A stretch of DNA of 64,000 nucleotides. It comes from the human T2T-CHM13v2.0 reference genome, Homo sapiens. The notes beneath the pieces were generated by a model that searched no databases, had not been told where the DNA came from, and worked only from the letters and a program-made list of their open reading frames with translations. The translations under genes were made by a program, and so were the position numbers. The stretch covers positions 12,288,001-12,352,000 of the forward strand of contig CP086569.2 of NCBI GenBank assembly GCA_009914755.4, given 5' to 3'. Shown piece by piece: positions 1 through 14,600 of this stretch. Each line of letters opens with the position of its first letter. The stretch's first letter is position 1.

Positions 1-490
1 AATGGACCGGAAAGGAATGGAATCCAATGGAATGGAATTGAATGGAATCAAAAGGAATAGAAAGGAATAGAATGTAATTGAATGATATCGAATGGAAGGG
101 AATGGAATGAAGTCGAATGGAATGCACTGGAATGGAATGGACACGATCAGAACGGACTGGGGAGGAATGTACACAAATGGAATGGAAACGAATGGAATGG
201 AATGAAAAGGAATGGAATGAAATGGAATTGAAAGGAACGGAATGAAATGGAATGGAATGGAATGGAATGGATTGGAATAGAATGGATTCAAATAAAATAG
301 AATCGATTGGAATGCTATTGAATGGAAGGGACTTGAATGGAATGGAAAGCAATGGAAGATATTCGAATTGAATGGCATCGAATGAAATGGAATGGAACGC
401 AATGGAACGGACCCGAATGGAATGGAATGGACTCAAATGTAATGGACTCGAATGGAATCGACTGAAATATAATAGACTCGAATGGAATGG
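1..490 (+). repeat. Partial S-type HOR copy (distal end), upstream of the first complete copy
   Basis: Sequence at 1-490 is colinear with the last ~490 bp of the S-type copies (e.g. 11131-11618). Confidence 0.7.
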
Positions 491-3400
491 CCTCGAGCGG
501 AATTTATTTGAATAGAATGGAATCAAATGGAATACAATAGTATTGAATGGAATAGAATGGAATGGAATCGAATGGAATGTAATCCAATGGAATGGAACGG
601 AATTCAATATAATGGAGTAGAATGGAATGCATTGGAAAGCAGCAGAGTGGAATCGAGTGGAATGGAATCGAGTGGAATGGAATCAAAGGGAACGAAATCG
701 AATTGAATGGACTTGAATGGAATTGACTCGAAAGGAATTGACTCGAAAGGAATGGACTGGAACAAAAAGGAATCAAATGGACAGGAATGGAATGGAATGG
801 ACTCGAATGGAATGGAGTCAAATGCAAACGCATCGAATGGAATGGATTCAAATGGAATGCAATTGAATGGAATAGAAAGGAAGAGAATGGAATTGAGAGT
901 AATGGAAAGATATGGATTGGAATGAAATGGAATGGAAAGGAATTGAATGGAAAGGAATGGACTCGAAAGAAATGGATTGGAATGGAATGGTCTCCAATGG
1001 AATGGACTGGAGTGGAATGGAATCGAATGGAATGAAAAGAATGGAACGGAATGGAACGGAAAGGAATAGAAAGTTATGGGATCCGATGGGACAGAATGGA
1101 ATGGAATGGACTTTCATGAAATGGAGTCGAATAGAGTGGCATCAAAAGGAATGGAATGGAATGGAGTGGACTCAAAAGGAATGGACTCAAAAGGAATGGA
1201 GTCGAACCAAATTGAATCAAATGGATTGGAGTCGAACAGAACGGAATGGAATGGAATGAACTCGACTGGAGCAGAGAGGAATGTAAAGGAATAGAATGGA
1301 ATGTAATCAAATGGATTGCAAGCGAATGGAATCAAAAATAATAGAAAGGAATGGAGTGTAAAGGGATGATATTGAATAAAATGGAATGGAATGGAATTTA
1401 ATGGAATGGAGTCGAAGGAATGGACAGGAATGTAATGGACTCCAATGGAATGGAATGGATGAAAATGGATTTGAACAGATTGGTATCGAACGGAATGGAA
1501 TGCAGTGGAATGGAATGGACTCGAATGGAGAAGAGACAAATGGTAGGGAAACGAATTCAATGGAATTGAAAAGAATAGAATGGAATGGCGTGTAATGGTA
1601 AGATACTAAATGGAATGGAATTGAATGGAATGTAATGGAATGGAACCAAATGTAATGCACTCAAATGGAATATACTCAAATAGAATGGAATCGAAAGGAA
1701 AGGTCTCCAATGGAATTTATTCAATACAATGGAATCAAAAGAAATGCAATAGAAAGAAAAGGAATCGAATGTAATGGAATCAAATAGTATGGACCAGAAT
1801 GGAATGGACTGCCATAGAACGGACTGCAGTGTAATGGATTGAATTCTAATTCATTCAAATGGAATGGAATTGAATGGAATGGAATCCAATGGAATGGATA
1901 GGATTGTACTGGAATGGAATAGCATGGAATGCAACGGAGTGGAATGGAGTTGAATGAAGTGGAATGGAATCGATTGGAATGGAATCAAATGGAATGGACG
2001 GGAATGGAATGGACTGGAAGAGAACAGACTCCAATATAATGGATTGCAATGTAATTGATTCAAATGGAATGGAATCGAATGGAATGTCATAAAATTGAAG
2101 GGATTGGAGTTCAATGCAATGGAATAGAATGGAATGCAAAGGAAAGAAAAGGCACGGAGTGAAATCGAGTGTAATGGAATCGAATGGAATGAAATCGAAT
2201 GGAATGGACTCAAAAGAAATGGACGAGGGACAAAACGGAATCGAACTGATTGGAATGGAACGGAAGGGAATGGAATGGAATGGTCTCCATTGGATGGGAG
2301 TAGAACGGATTGGAATGGAATGGAATGAAATGGAATGGAAAGGAATAGAATGGAATGGAATGGATTGGAAGGTAATGGAAAGATATCAAACGGATTGGAA
2401 AGGAATGGAATGGACCCTAATGGAATGGAATGGAATTCAAAAGAAACGAACGGAATGGACTGGAGTGAAATGGAGTCGAATGTAATTGAGTGGAGAGGAA
2501 TGGACTCGAAAGGAATGGACTCGAATAGAATGGACTGGAATGGATTGTACTCGAATGGAGTGGAAAGGAATAAAATGGATTCCACCAGATTGGAATGGAA
2601 CAGAATGTAATGGAATGGAATGGAATGCAATGGAATGGCTCGAATGCAATGGAAGAGAAAGGAAAGGAATTGAATGGTATTGAAAGTAATAGAATTAAAT
2701 GGAGTGAAAAGGAAAGATATCGAATGGAATGGATCGAAAAGAAATAGAATGGAATGGACAGGAATGGAATGGAATAGAATGGAATAGACTGGCGTGCAAT
2801 GCAAACGAATGGAATGGAAACGAATGGAATGGAATGGAAAGGAATGGAGTAGAATAAATACAATGGAATGGAATGGAATGGAGGCGAAAGGAAAAGAATG
2901 GATTGGAGTGTCACCGAATGGAAAGATATGGAATGGAAAGGAATGGATACGAATGGAATGGAATAGAAAGGAACGGAAAGGTAAAGAATGGAATGGAATC
3001 GGATAGAATGGAATGCAATGTAATGGAGTCGAATGGAAAATAATCGAGTAGAATGATATCGAACGGAATGGAATTTAATAGAATGGAATGGAATGGAATG
3101 GACTCGAATGGAATGTACTCAAATGGATTAGAATAGAATGGAGTGGAAATAAACGTAGTGAACTCGAATGGAATGGACACTAATAGAATGGAAGAGAAAG
3201 GAATGGTATTGAATGGAATTTATTCGAATAGAATGGAATTCAACGGAATGCAACAGTGTGGCATGGAATCAAATGGAATGGAATCGAATGGCATGGACCC
3301 GAGTGGAATGGACTCACATAGAAGAGCCTCGAATGTAATGGATTACAATGTATTAGATTCGAAAGGACTGAAATCGAATGGAATGTAATCAAATAGAACG

Positions 3401-6045
3401 GAACTGAATGCGTGGAATGGCATAGAAAGTAATGCAATGGAATGGAATAGACTGGAAAGGAATGGAATCGGATGGAATGTAATGAAATGTAATGGAAGGA
3501 ATGCCATGCAATGGAATGGAATGCAATGCAATGGGACGGTGTATAATGGAGTGCAATGGATTTCAGTGGAATGTAGTGAAAAGGAATGAAATAGAATGGG
3601 ATTCAATATAATGGAATGGCATCCAATGGCAAGGGATGGAGCGGACTCCAATGGAAACATGAAAGGAATATAATATAATGGAATGGCATTGAACGAAATG
3701 GAATGCAATGGAGTTAAAAGGTAAAATATCGAATGGAAAAGAATTGTATGGACTCGAATGGAATATAATGAAATGGAATGGACTCGAATGGAATGTAATA
3801 GAGTTGAATGGAATCGAAAGGAATTTAAAACAATGGAAAGGAAAGGAAGGGAATTGAAAGGAACGGAATAGAATGGAACGGAATCGGATGGAATGGAATT
3901 GAATGGAATGGAAACTAAAGGAATAGAATAGAAAGGAATGCCATTGAATGGAATGGAATGGAATAAGATGGAACAGAATGGAATGGAATAGAATTGAATG
4001 GAATGGCATCAAATGGATTGGAATGGAATGTAATGGAATGGAATGGAAAGGAATGGAATGGACTCGAATGGAATGTACTGAAATGGAATAGAATAGAATG
4101 GAATGGAAGTAAATATAATGGACTCGAGTGGAATGGATTGGAATAAATTGGAATTGAATGTATTGGATTCGAATGGAAAGGAATGGAATGGAATGGAATG
4201 GAATGGAATGGAATGGAATGGAATGGAATGAAATGGATTCGAATGGAATGGAACGAATTGGAATGTAATTGAATGGAGTCGAAAGCAGTAGAAAGAAAAG
4301 AAGTTTAATCAAATGATATCGAATGGAATTGAATGGAATGTACGCGAATGGAATGGACTGGAATGGAATGGAGTGACATGTAATGGAATCGAAAGGAATG
4401 GAATCGAATGAAATGGAATTGAATGGAATAGAAAGGAATAGAATGGAATGGAGTTTAATGGAAAGATATTAAAAGTAATGGAATGGAATTGAGTGGACAC
4501 AAATGGAATGGACTGGAATGGAAAGGACTCGAATGAAATGGAGCGCATTAGAATGGACTCGAATGGAATGGATTGGAGTGGAATGGTCTCGAATGGATTG
4601 GAAACGAATGTAATGGAAAGGAATAGAATGGAATGTAATCAACTGGAAAGAAATGTAATGGAATGGGTTCAACTGGAACAGAATTGAATGGAGTGGAATT
4701 GAATGGAATGGAATGCAATCGAATGGAATGCACACGAATGGAATAGAATGAAATGAAATGGCATAGAATGGAATGGAATGGAATGAAATGGAATGGAATT
4801 GAATGGAATGGAATGGAATGGAATGGAATGGAATGGTATGGAATGAAATGGATTGGAATGGGATGTTCCCAAAAGTAATGGACTCAAATAAAAGGGACTC
4901 AAATAGAATGAATTGGAAAGAAACGGTCTCGAATGTAATTTATTCGAATAGAATGATATTGAATGGAATGCAATAATATGGAATGGTATCGAATAGAATG
5001 GAATAGAATGGAATGGAATGGAACGGTATGGAGTGCATTTGAACGGACTCCAATGCAATAAATTGCAATATAATTGATTCAAATGGAATGGAATCGAATA
5101 GAATGTAAACAAATGCAATGGAAGGCAATGCAATGGAAAGGAATCGAATGAAATGGAATAAATGGGATGGAATCGAATGGAAAGGACGCGAATGTAATGG
5201 ACTGTTAAGGAAAGGCCTCGAATCGAATTTATTCCGATAGAATGGAATCGAATGGAATGCAATACTATTGAATCGAATCAAATGGAATGGAATTGAATGG
5301 AATGGACAGGAATGGAATGAACTGGAAGTGAATGGACAAGAACGTAATATAGTGCAATGTAATTTATTCAAATGGAATGGAATGCAATCGAATGGAATGG
5401 ACTCGATTGGAATGGACTGGAGTGGAATGGACTGAAATGGAATGGAAACGAATGTAATGGAATGGAACGGAAAGCAAAGGAATCTACTGTAATAGAATCG
5501 AACGGAACAGAAAGGAATGGAATGGAATGGAGTGGAATGGACTCGAATGGAATGTATTCGAATGTAATGGACTGGAAAGGAATGGAATCCAATGGAATGG
5601 AATTGAATGGAATCAAAAGGAATAGAAAGGAATAGAGTGTAATTGAATGATATCGAATGGAAGGGAATGGGATGAAGTCGAATGGAATGCACTGGAATGG
5701 AATGGACACGATCAGAACGGACTGGAGAGGAATGTACACAAATGGAATGGAAACGAATGGAATGGAATGAAAAGGAATGGAATGAAATGGAATTGAAAGG
5801 AACGGAATGAAATGGAATGGAATGGATTGGAATAGAATGGATTCAAATAAAATAGAATCGATTGGAATGGTATTGAATGGAAGGGACTTGAATGGAATGG
5901 AAAGCAATGGAAGATATTCGAATTGAATGGCATCGAATGAAATGGAATGGAACGCAATGGAACGGACCCGAATGGAATGGAATGGACTCAAATGTAATGG
6001 ACTCGAATGGAATCGACTGAAATATAATAGACTCGAATGGAATGG
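491..6045 (+). repeat. S-type higher-order repeat copy S1 (5555 bp)
   Basis: Unit phase is anchored on the recurring landmark CCTCGAGCGGAATTTATTTGAATAGAATGG, first base at 491, 6046, 11619, 17168, 22710. Near-identical ORF sets recur at this period (e.g. 504..851 = 6059..6406 = 11632..11979 = 17181..17528). The phase is arbitrary; the period is robust. Confidence 0.8.
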
Positions 6046-9000
6046 CCTCGAGCGGAATTTATTTGAATAGAATGGAATCAAATGGAATGCAATAGTATTG
6101 AATGGAATAGAATGGAATGGAATCGAATGGAATGTAATCCAATGGAATGCAGCGGAATTCAATATAATGGAGTAGAATGGAATGCATTGGAAAGCAGCAG
6201 AGTGGAATCGAGTGGAATGGAATCGAGTGGAATGGAATCAAAGGGAACGAAATCGAATTGAATGGACTTGAATGGAATTGACTCGAAAGGAATTGACTCG
6301 AAAGGAATGGACTGGAAAAAAAAGGAATGAAATGGACAGGAATGGAATGGAATGGACTCGAATGGAATGGAGTCAAATGCAAACGCATCGAATGGAATGG
6401 ATTCAAATGGAATGCAATTGAATGGAATAGAAAGGAAGAGAATGGAATTGAGAGTAATGGAAAGATATGGATTGGAATGAAATGGAATGGAAAGGAATTG
6501 AATGGAAAGGAATGGACTCGAAAGAAATGGATTGGAATGGAATGGTCTCCAATGGAATGGACTGGAGTGGAATGGAATCGAATGGAATGAAAAGAATGGA
6601 ACGGAATGGAACGGAAAGGAATAGAAAGTTATGGAATCCGATGGGACAGAATGGAATGGAATGGACTTTCATGAAATGGAGTCGAATAGAGTGGCATCAA
6701 AAGGAATGGAATGGAATGGAGTGGACTCAAAAGGAATGGAGTCGAACCAAATTGAATCAAATGGATTGGTGTCGAACAGAACGGAATGGAATGGAATGAA
6801 CTCGACTGGAGTAGTGAGGAATGTAAAGGAATAGAATGGAATGTAATCAAATGGATTGCAAGCGAATGGAATCAAAAATAATAGAAAGGAATCGAGTGTA
6901 AAGGGTTGATATTGAATAAAATGGAATGGAATGGAATTTAATGGAATGGAGTCGAAGGAATGGACAGGAATGTAATGGACTCCAATGGAATGGAATGGAT
7001 GAAAATGGATTTGAACAGATTGGTATCGAACGGAATGGAATGCAGTGGAATGGAATGGACTCGAATGCAGAAGAGACAAATGGAATGGAAACGAATTCAA
7101 TGGAATTGAAAAGAATAGAATGGAATGGCGTGTAATGGTAAGATACTAAATGGAATGGAATTGAATGGAATGTAATGGAATGGAACCAAATGTAATGCAC
7201 TCAAATGGAATATACTCAAATAGAATGGAATCGAAAGGAAAGGTCTCCAATGGAATTTATTCAATACAATGGAATGAAAAGAAATGCAATAGAAAGAAAG
7301 GGAATCGAATGTAATGGAATCAAATAGTATGGACCAGAATGGAATGGACTGCCATAGAACGGACTGCAGTGTAATGGATTGAATTCTAATTCATTCAAAT
7401 GGAATGGAATTGAATGGAATGGAATCCAATGGAATGGATAGGATTGTACTGGAATGGAATAGCATGGAATGCAACGGAGTGGAATGGAGTTGAATGAAGT
7501 GGAATGGAATCGATTGGAATGGAATCAAATGGAATGGACGGGAATGGAATGGACTGGAAGAGAACAGACTCGAATATAATGGATTGCAATGTAATTGATT
7601 CAAATGGAATGGAATCGAATGGAATGTAATAAAATTGAAGGGATTGGAGTTCAATGCAATGGAATAGAATGGAATGCAAAGGAAAGGAAAGGCACGGAGT
7701 GAAATCGAGTGCAATGGAATCGAATGGAATGAAATCGAATGGAATGGACTCAAAAGAAATGGACGAGGGACAAAACGGAATCGAACTGATTGGAATGGAA
7801 CGGAAGGGAATGGAATGGAATGGTCTCCATTGGATGGGAGTAGAACGGATTGGAATGGAATGGAATGAAATGGAATGGAAAGGAATAGAATGGAATGGAA
7901 TGGAATGGAAGGTAATGGAAAGATATCAAACGGATTGGAAAGGAATGGAATGGACCCTAATGGAATGGAATGGAATTCAACAGAAACGAATGGAATGGAC
8001 TGGAGTGAAATGGAGTCGAATGTAATTGAGTGGAGAGGAATGGACTCGAAAGGAATGGACTCGAAAAGAATGGACTGGAATGGATTGTACTCGAATGGAG
8101 TGAAAGGAATAAAATGGATTCCACCAGATTGGAATGGAACAGAATGTAATGGAATGGAGTGGAATGCAATGGAATGGCTCGAATGCAATGGAAGAGAAAG
8201 GAAAGGAATTGAATGGTATTGAAAGTAATAGAATTAAATGGAGTGCAAAGGAAAGATATCGAATGGAATGGATCGAAAAGAAATAGAATGGAATGGACAG
8301 GAATGGAATGGAATAGAATGGAATAGACTGGCGTGCAATGCAAACGAATGGAATGGAAACGAATGGAATGGAATGGAAAGGAATGGAGTAGAATAAATAC
8401 AATGGAATGGAATGGAATGGAGGCGAAAGAAAAGAATGGATTGGAGTGTCACCGAATGGAAAGATATGGAATGGAAAGGAATGGATACGAATGGAATGGA
8501 ATAGAAAGGAACGGAAAGGTAAAGAATGGAATGGAATCGGATAGAATGGAATGCAATGTAATGGAGTCGAATGGAAAATAATCGAGTAGAATGATATCGA
8601 ACGGAATGGAATTTAATAGAATGGAATGGAATGGAATGGACTCGAATGGAATGTACTCAAATGGATTAGAATAGAATGGAGTGGAAATAAACGTAGTGAA
8701 CTCGAATGGAATGGACACTAATAGAATGGAAGAGAAAGGAATGGTATTGAATGGAATTTATTCGAATAGAATGGAATTCAACGGAATGCAACAGTGTGGC
8801 ATGGAATCAAATGGAATGGAATCGAATGGCATGGACCCGAGTGGAATGGACTCACATAGAAGAGCCTCGAATGTAATAGATTACAATGTATTAGATTCGA
8901 AAGGACTGAAATCGAATGGAATGTAATCAAGTAGAACGGAACTGAATGCGTGGAATGGCATAGAAAGTAATGCAAAGGAATGGAATAGACTGGAAAGGAA

Positions 9001-11618
9001 TGGAATCGGATGGAATGTAATGAAATGTAATGGAAGGAATGCCATGCAATGGAATGGAATGCAATGCAATGGGACGGTGTATAATGGAGTGCAATGGATT
9101 TCAGTGGAATGTAGTCAAAAGGAATGAAATAGAATGGAATTCAATATAATGGAATGGCATCCAATGGCAAAGGATGGAGCGGACTCCAATGGAAACATGA
9201 AAGGAATATAATATAATGGAATGGCATTGAACGAAATGGAATGCAATGGAGTTAAAAGGTAAAATATCGAATGGAAAAGAATTGTATGGACTCGAATGGA
9301 ATATAATGAAATGGAATGGACTCGAAAGGAATGTACTAGAGTTGAATGGAATCGAAAGGAATTTAAAACAATGGAAAGGAAAGGAAGGGAATTGAAAGGA
9401 ACGGAATAGAATGGAATGGAATCGGATGGAACGGAATTGAATGGAATGGAAACTAAAGGAATAGAATAGAAAGGAATGCCATTGAATGGAATGGAATGGA
9501 ATGGAATGGAATAAGATGGAACAGAATGGAATGGAATAGAATTGAATGGAATGGCATCGAATGGATTGGAATGGAATGTAATGGAATGGAATGGAAAGGA
9601 ATGGAATGGACTCGAATGGAATGTACAGAAATGGAATAGAATAGAATGGAATGGAAGTAAATATAATGGACTCGAGTGGAATGGATTGGAATAAATTGGA
9701 ATTGAATGTATTGGATTCGAATGGAAAGGAATGGAATGGAATGGAATGGAATGGAATGGAATGGAATGGAATGCAATGGAATGGAATGGATTCGAATGGA
9801 ATGGAACGAATTGGAATGTAATTGAATGGAGTCGAAAACAGTAGAAAGAAGAGAAGTTTAATCGAATGATATAGAATGGAATTGAATGGAATGTACGCGA
9901 ATGGAATGGATTGGAATGGAATGGAGTGACATGTAATGGAATCGAAAGGAATGGAATCGAATGAAATGGAATTGAATGGAATAGAGAGGAATAGAATGGA
10001 ATGGAGTTTAATGGAAAGATATTAAAAGTAATGGAATGGAATTGAGTGGACACAAATGGAATGGACTGGAATGGAAAGGACTCGAATGAAATGGACCGCA
10101 TTAGAATGGACTCGAATGGAATGGATTGGAGTGGAATGGTCTCTAATGGATTGGAAACGAATGGAATGGAAAGGAATAGAATGGAATGTAATCAACTGGA
10201 AAGAAATGTAATGGAATGCGTTCAACTGGAACAGAATTGAATGGAGTGGAATTGAATGGAATGGAATGCAATCGAATGGAATGCACACGAATGGAATAGA
10301 ATGAAATGAAATGGCATAGAATGGAATGGAATGGAATGGAATGGAATGGAATGGAATGGAATGGAATGGAATGGAATGGCATGGAATGGAATGGAAAGGT
10401 ATGGCATGAAATGGATTGGAATGGGATGTTCCCAAAAGTAATGGACTCAAATAAAAGGGACTCAAATAGAATGAATTGGAAAGAAACGGTCTCGAATGTA
10501 ATTTATTCGAATAGAATGATATTGAATGGAATGCAATAACATGGAATGGTATCGAATAGAATGGAATAGAATGGAATGGAATGGAACGGTATGGAGTGCA
10601 TTTGAACGGACTCCAATGCAATAAATTGCAATATAATTGATTCAAATGGAATGGAATCGAATAGAATGTAAACAAATGGAATGGAAGGCAATGCAATGGA
10701 AAGGAATCGAATGAAATGGAATAAATGGGATGGAATCGAATGGAAAGGACGCGAATGTAATGGACTGTTAAGGAAAGGCCTCGAATCGAATTTATTCCGA
10801 TAGAATGGAATCGAATGGAATGCAATACTATTGAATCGAATCGAATGGAATGGAATTGAATGGAATGGACAGGAATGGAATGAACTGGAAGTGAATGGAC
10901 AAGAACGTAATATAGTGCAATGTAATTTATTCAAATGGAATGGAATGCAATCGAATGGAATGGACTCGATTGGAATGGACTGGAGTGGAATGAACTGAAA
11001 TGGAATGGAAACGAATGTAATGGAATGGAACGGAAAGCAAAGGAATCTACTGTAATAGAAACGAACGGAACAGAAAGGAATGGAATGGAATGGAGTGGAA
11101 TGGACTCGAATGGAATGTATTCGAATATAATGGACCGGAAAGGAATGGAATCCAATGGAATGGAATTGAATGGAATCAAAAGGAATAGAATGGAATAGAG
11201 TGTAATTGAATGATATCGAATGGAAGGGAATGGAATGAAGTCGAATGGAATGCACTGGAATGGAATGGACACGATCAGAACGGACTGGAGAGGAATGTAC
11301 ACTAATGGAATGGAAACGAATGGAATGGAATGAAAAGGAATGGAATGAAATGGAATTGAAAGGAACGGAATGAAATGGAATGGAATGGAATGGAATGGAT
11401 TGGAATAGAATGGATTCAAATAAAATAGAATCGATTGGAATGCTATTGAATGGAAGGGACTTGAATGGAATGGAAAGCAATGGAAGATATTCGAATTGAA
11501 TGGCATCGAATGAAATGGAATGGAACGCAATGGAACGGACCCGAATGGAATGGAATGGACTCAAATGTAATGGACTCGAATGGAATCGACTGAAATATAA
11601 TAGACTCGAATGGAATGG
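6046..11618 (+). repeat. S-type HOR copy S2 (5573 bp)
   Basis: Same landmark spacing. Slightly longer than S1, mainly because of an expanded pure (GGAAT)n tract at ~10319-10379. Confidence 0.8.
10319..10379 (+). repeat. Uninterrupted (GGAAT)12 tract (example; coordinates approximate to one or two bases)
   Basis: Pure GAATGGAATGG... run read directly. The homologous tract in S1 (~4790-4850) is shorter and interrupted. Confidence 0.8.
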
Positions 11619-14600
11619 CCTCGAGCGGAATTTATTTGAATAGAATGGAATCAAATGGAATACAATAGTATTGAATGGAATAGAATGGTATGGAATCGAA
11701 TGGAATGTAATCCAATGGAATGGAACGGAATTCAATATAATGGAGTAGAATGGAATGCATTGGAAAGCAGCAGAGTGGAATCGAGTGGAATGGAATCGAG
11801 TGGAATGGAATCAAAAGGAACGAAATCGAATTGAATGGACTTGAATGGAATTGACTCGAAAGGAATTGACTCGAAAGGAATGGACTGGAACAAAAAGGAA
11901 TCAAATGGACAGGAATGGAATGGAATGGACTCGAATGGAATGGAGTCAAATGCAAACGCATCGAATGGAATGGATTCAAATGGAATGCAATTGAATGGAA
12001 TAGAAAGGAAGAGAATGGAATTGAGAGTAATGGAAAGATATCGATTGGAATGAAATGGAATGGAAAGGAATTGAATGGAAAGGAATGGACTCGAAAGAAA
12101 TGGATTGGAATGGAATGGTCTCCAATGGAATGGACTGGAGTGGAATGGAATCGAATGGAATGAAAAGAATGGAACGGAATGGAACGGAAAGGAATAGAAA
12201 GTTATGGAATCCGATGGGACAGAATGGAATGGAATGGACTTTCATGAAATGGAGTCGAATAGAGTGGCATCAAAAGGAATGGAATGGAATGGAGTGGACT
12301 CAAAAGGAATGGACTCAAAGGAATGGAGTCGAACCAAATTGAATCAAATGGATTGGAGTCGAACAGAACGGAATGGAATCGAATGAACTCGACTGGTGTA
12401 GAGAGGAATGTAAAGGAATAGAATGGAATGTAATCAAATGGATTGCAAGCGAATGGAATCAAAAATAATAGAAAGGAATGGAGTGTAAAGGGATGATATT
12501 GAATAAAATGGAATGGAATGGAATTTAATGGAATGGAGTCTCAGGAATGGACAGGAATGTAATGGACTCCAATGGAATGGAATGGATGAAAATGGATTTG
12601 AACAGATTGGTATCGAACGGAATGGAATGCAGTGGAATGGAATGGACTCGAATGGAGAAGAGACAAATGGAATTTAAACGAATTCAATGGAATTGAAAAG
12701 AATAGAATGGAATGGCGTGTAATGGTAAGATACTAAATGGAATGGAATTGAATGTAACGTAATGGAATGGAACCAAATGTAATGCACTCAAATGGAATAT
12801 ACTCAAATTGAATGGAATCGAAAGGAAAGGTCTCCAATGGAATTTATTCAATACAATGGAATCAAAAGAAATGCAATAGAAAGAAAAGGAATCGAATGTA
12901 ATGGAATCAAATAGTATGGACCAGAATGGAATGGACTGCCATAGAACGGACTGCAGTGTAATGGATTGAATTCTAATTCATTCAAATGGAATGGAATTGA
13001 ATGGAATGGAATCCAATGGAATGGATAGGATTGTACTGGAATGGAATAGCATGGAATGCAACGGAGTGGAATGGAGTTGAATGAAGTGGAATGGAATCGA
13101 TTGGAATGGAATCAAATGGAATGGACGGGAATGGAATGGACTGGAAGAGAACAGACTCGAATATAATGGATTGCAATGTAATTGATTCAAATGGAATGGA
13201 ATCGAATGGAATGTAATAAAATTGAAGGGATTGGAGTTCAATGCAATGGAATAGAATGGAATGCAAAGGAAAGAAAAGGCACGGAGTGAAATCGAGTGTA
13301 ATGGAATCGAATGGAATGAAATGGAATGGAATGGACTCAAAAGAAATGGACGAGGGACAAAATGGAATCGAACTGATTGGAATGGAACGGAAGGGAATGG
13401 AATGGAATGGTCTCCATTGGACGGGAGTAGAACGGATTGGAATGGAATGGAATGAAATGGAATGGAAAGGAATAGAATGGAATGGAATGGAATGGAAGGT
13501 AATGGAAAGATAACAAACGGATTGGAAAGGAATGGAATGGACCCTAATGGAATGGAATGGAATTCAACAGAAACGAATGGAATGGACTGGAGTGAAATGG
13601 AGTCGAATGTAATTGAGTGGAGAGGAATGGACTCGAAAGGAATGGACTCGAATAGAATGGACTGGAATGGATTGTACTCGAATGGAGTGGAAAGGAATAA
13701 AATGGATTCCATCAGATTGGAATGGAACAGAATGTAATGGAATGGAATGGAATGCAATGGAATGGCTCGAATGCAATGGAAGAGAAAGGAAAGGAATTGA
13801 ATGGTATTGAAAGTAATAGAATTAAATGGAGTGCAAAGGAAAGATATCGAATGGAATGGATCGAAAAGAAATAGAATGGAATGGACAGGAATGGAATGGA
13901 ATAGAATGGAATAGACGGGCGTGCAATGCAAACGAATGGAATGGAAACGAATGGAATGGAATGGAAAGGAATGGAGTAGAATAAATACTATGGAATGGAA
14001 TGGAATGGAGGCGAAAGGAATAGAATGGATTGGAGTGTCACCGAATGGAAAGATATGGAATGGAAAGGAATGGATATGAATGGAATGGAATAGAAAGGAA
14101 CGGAAAGGTAAAGAATGGAATGGAATCGGATAGAATGGAATGCAATGTAATGGAGTCGAATGGAAAATAATCGAGTAGAATGATATCGAACGGAATGGAA
14201 TTTAATAGAATGGAATGGAATGGAATGGACTCGAATGGAATGTACTCAAATGGATTAGAATTGAATGGAATGGAAATAAACGTAGTGAACTCGAATGGAA
14301 TGGACACTAATAGAATGGAAGAGAAAGGAATGGTATTGAATGGAATTTATTCGAATAGAATGGAATTCAACGGAATGCAACAGTGTGGCATGGAATCAAA
14401 TGGAATGGAATCGAATGGCATGGACCCGAGTGGAATGGACTCACATAGAAGAGCCTCGAATGTAATGGATTACAATGTATTAGATTTGAAAGGACTGAAA
14501 TCGAATGGAATGTAATCAAATAGAACGGAACTGAATGCGTGGAATGGCATAGAAAGTAATGCAATGGAATGGAATAGACTGGAAAGGAATGGAATCGGAT

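Noticed and set aside
4590-4620. CENP-B-box-like strings (e.g. TTGGAAACGAATG) that might suggest centromeric alpha-satellite function
   Set aside because: They do not match the 17-bp CENP-B box core (NTTCGNNNNANNCGGGN). They are chance products of GGAAT variants, and there is no ~171-bp alpha-satellite periodicity.
10503-11735. Very long - strand ORFs (410 aa here; similar at 16052..17284, 36819..38042, 18528..19700) that might be taken for protein-coding genes
   Set aside because: Their sequence is IPFHS/IPFDS-type 5-aa periodic low complexity encoded by (ATTCC)n. Their length reflects the scarcity of TTA/CTA/TCA on the + strand, not selection. They recur once per HOR copy with frame-shifting differences between copies, which is incompatible with conserved genes.
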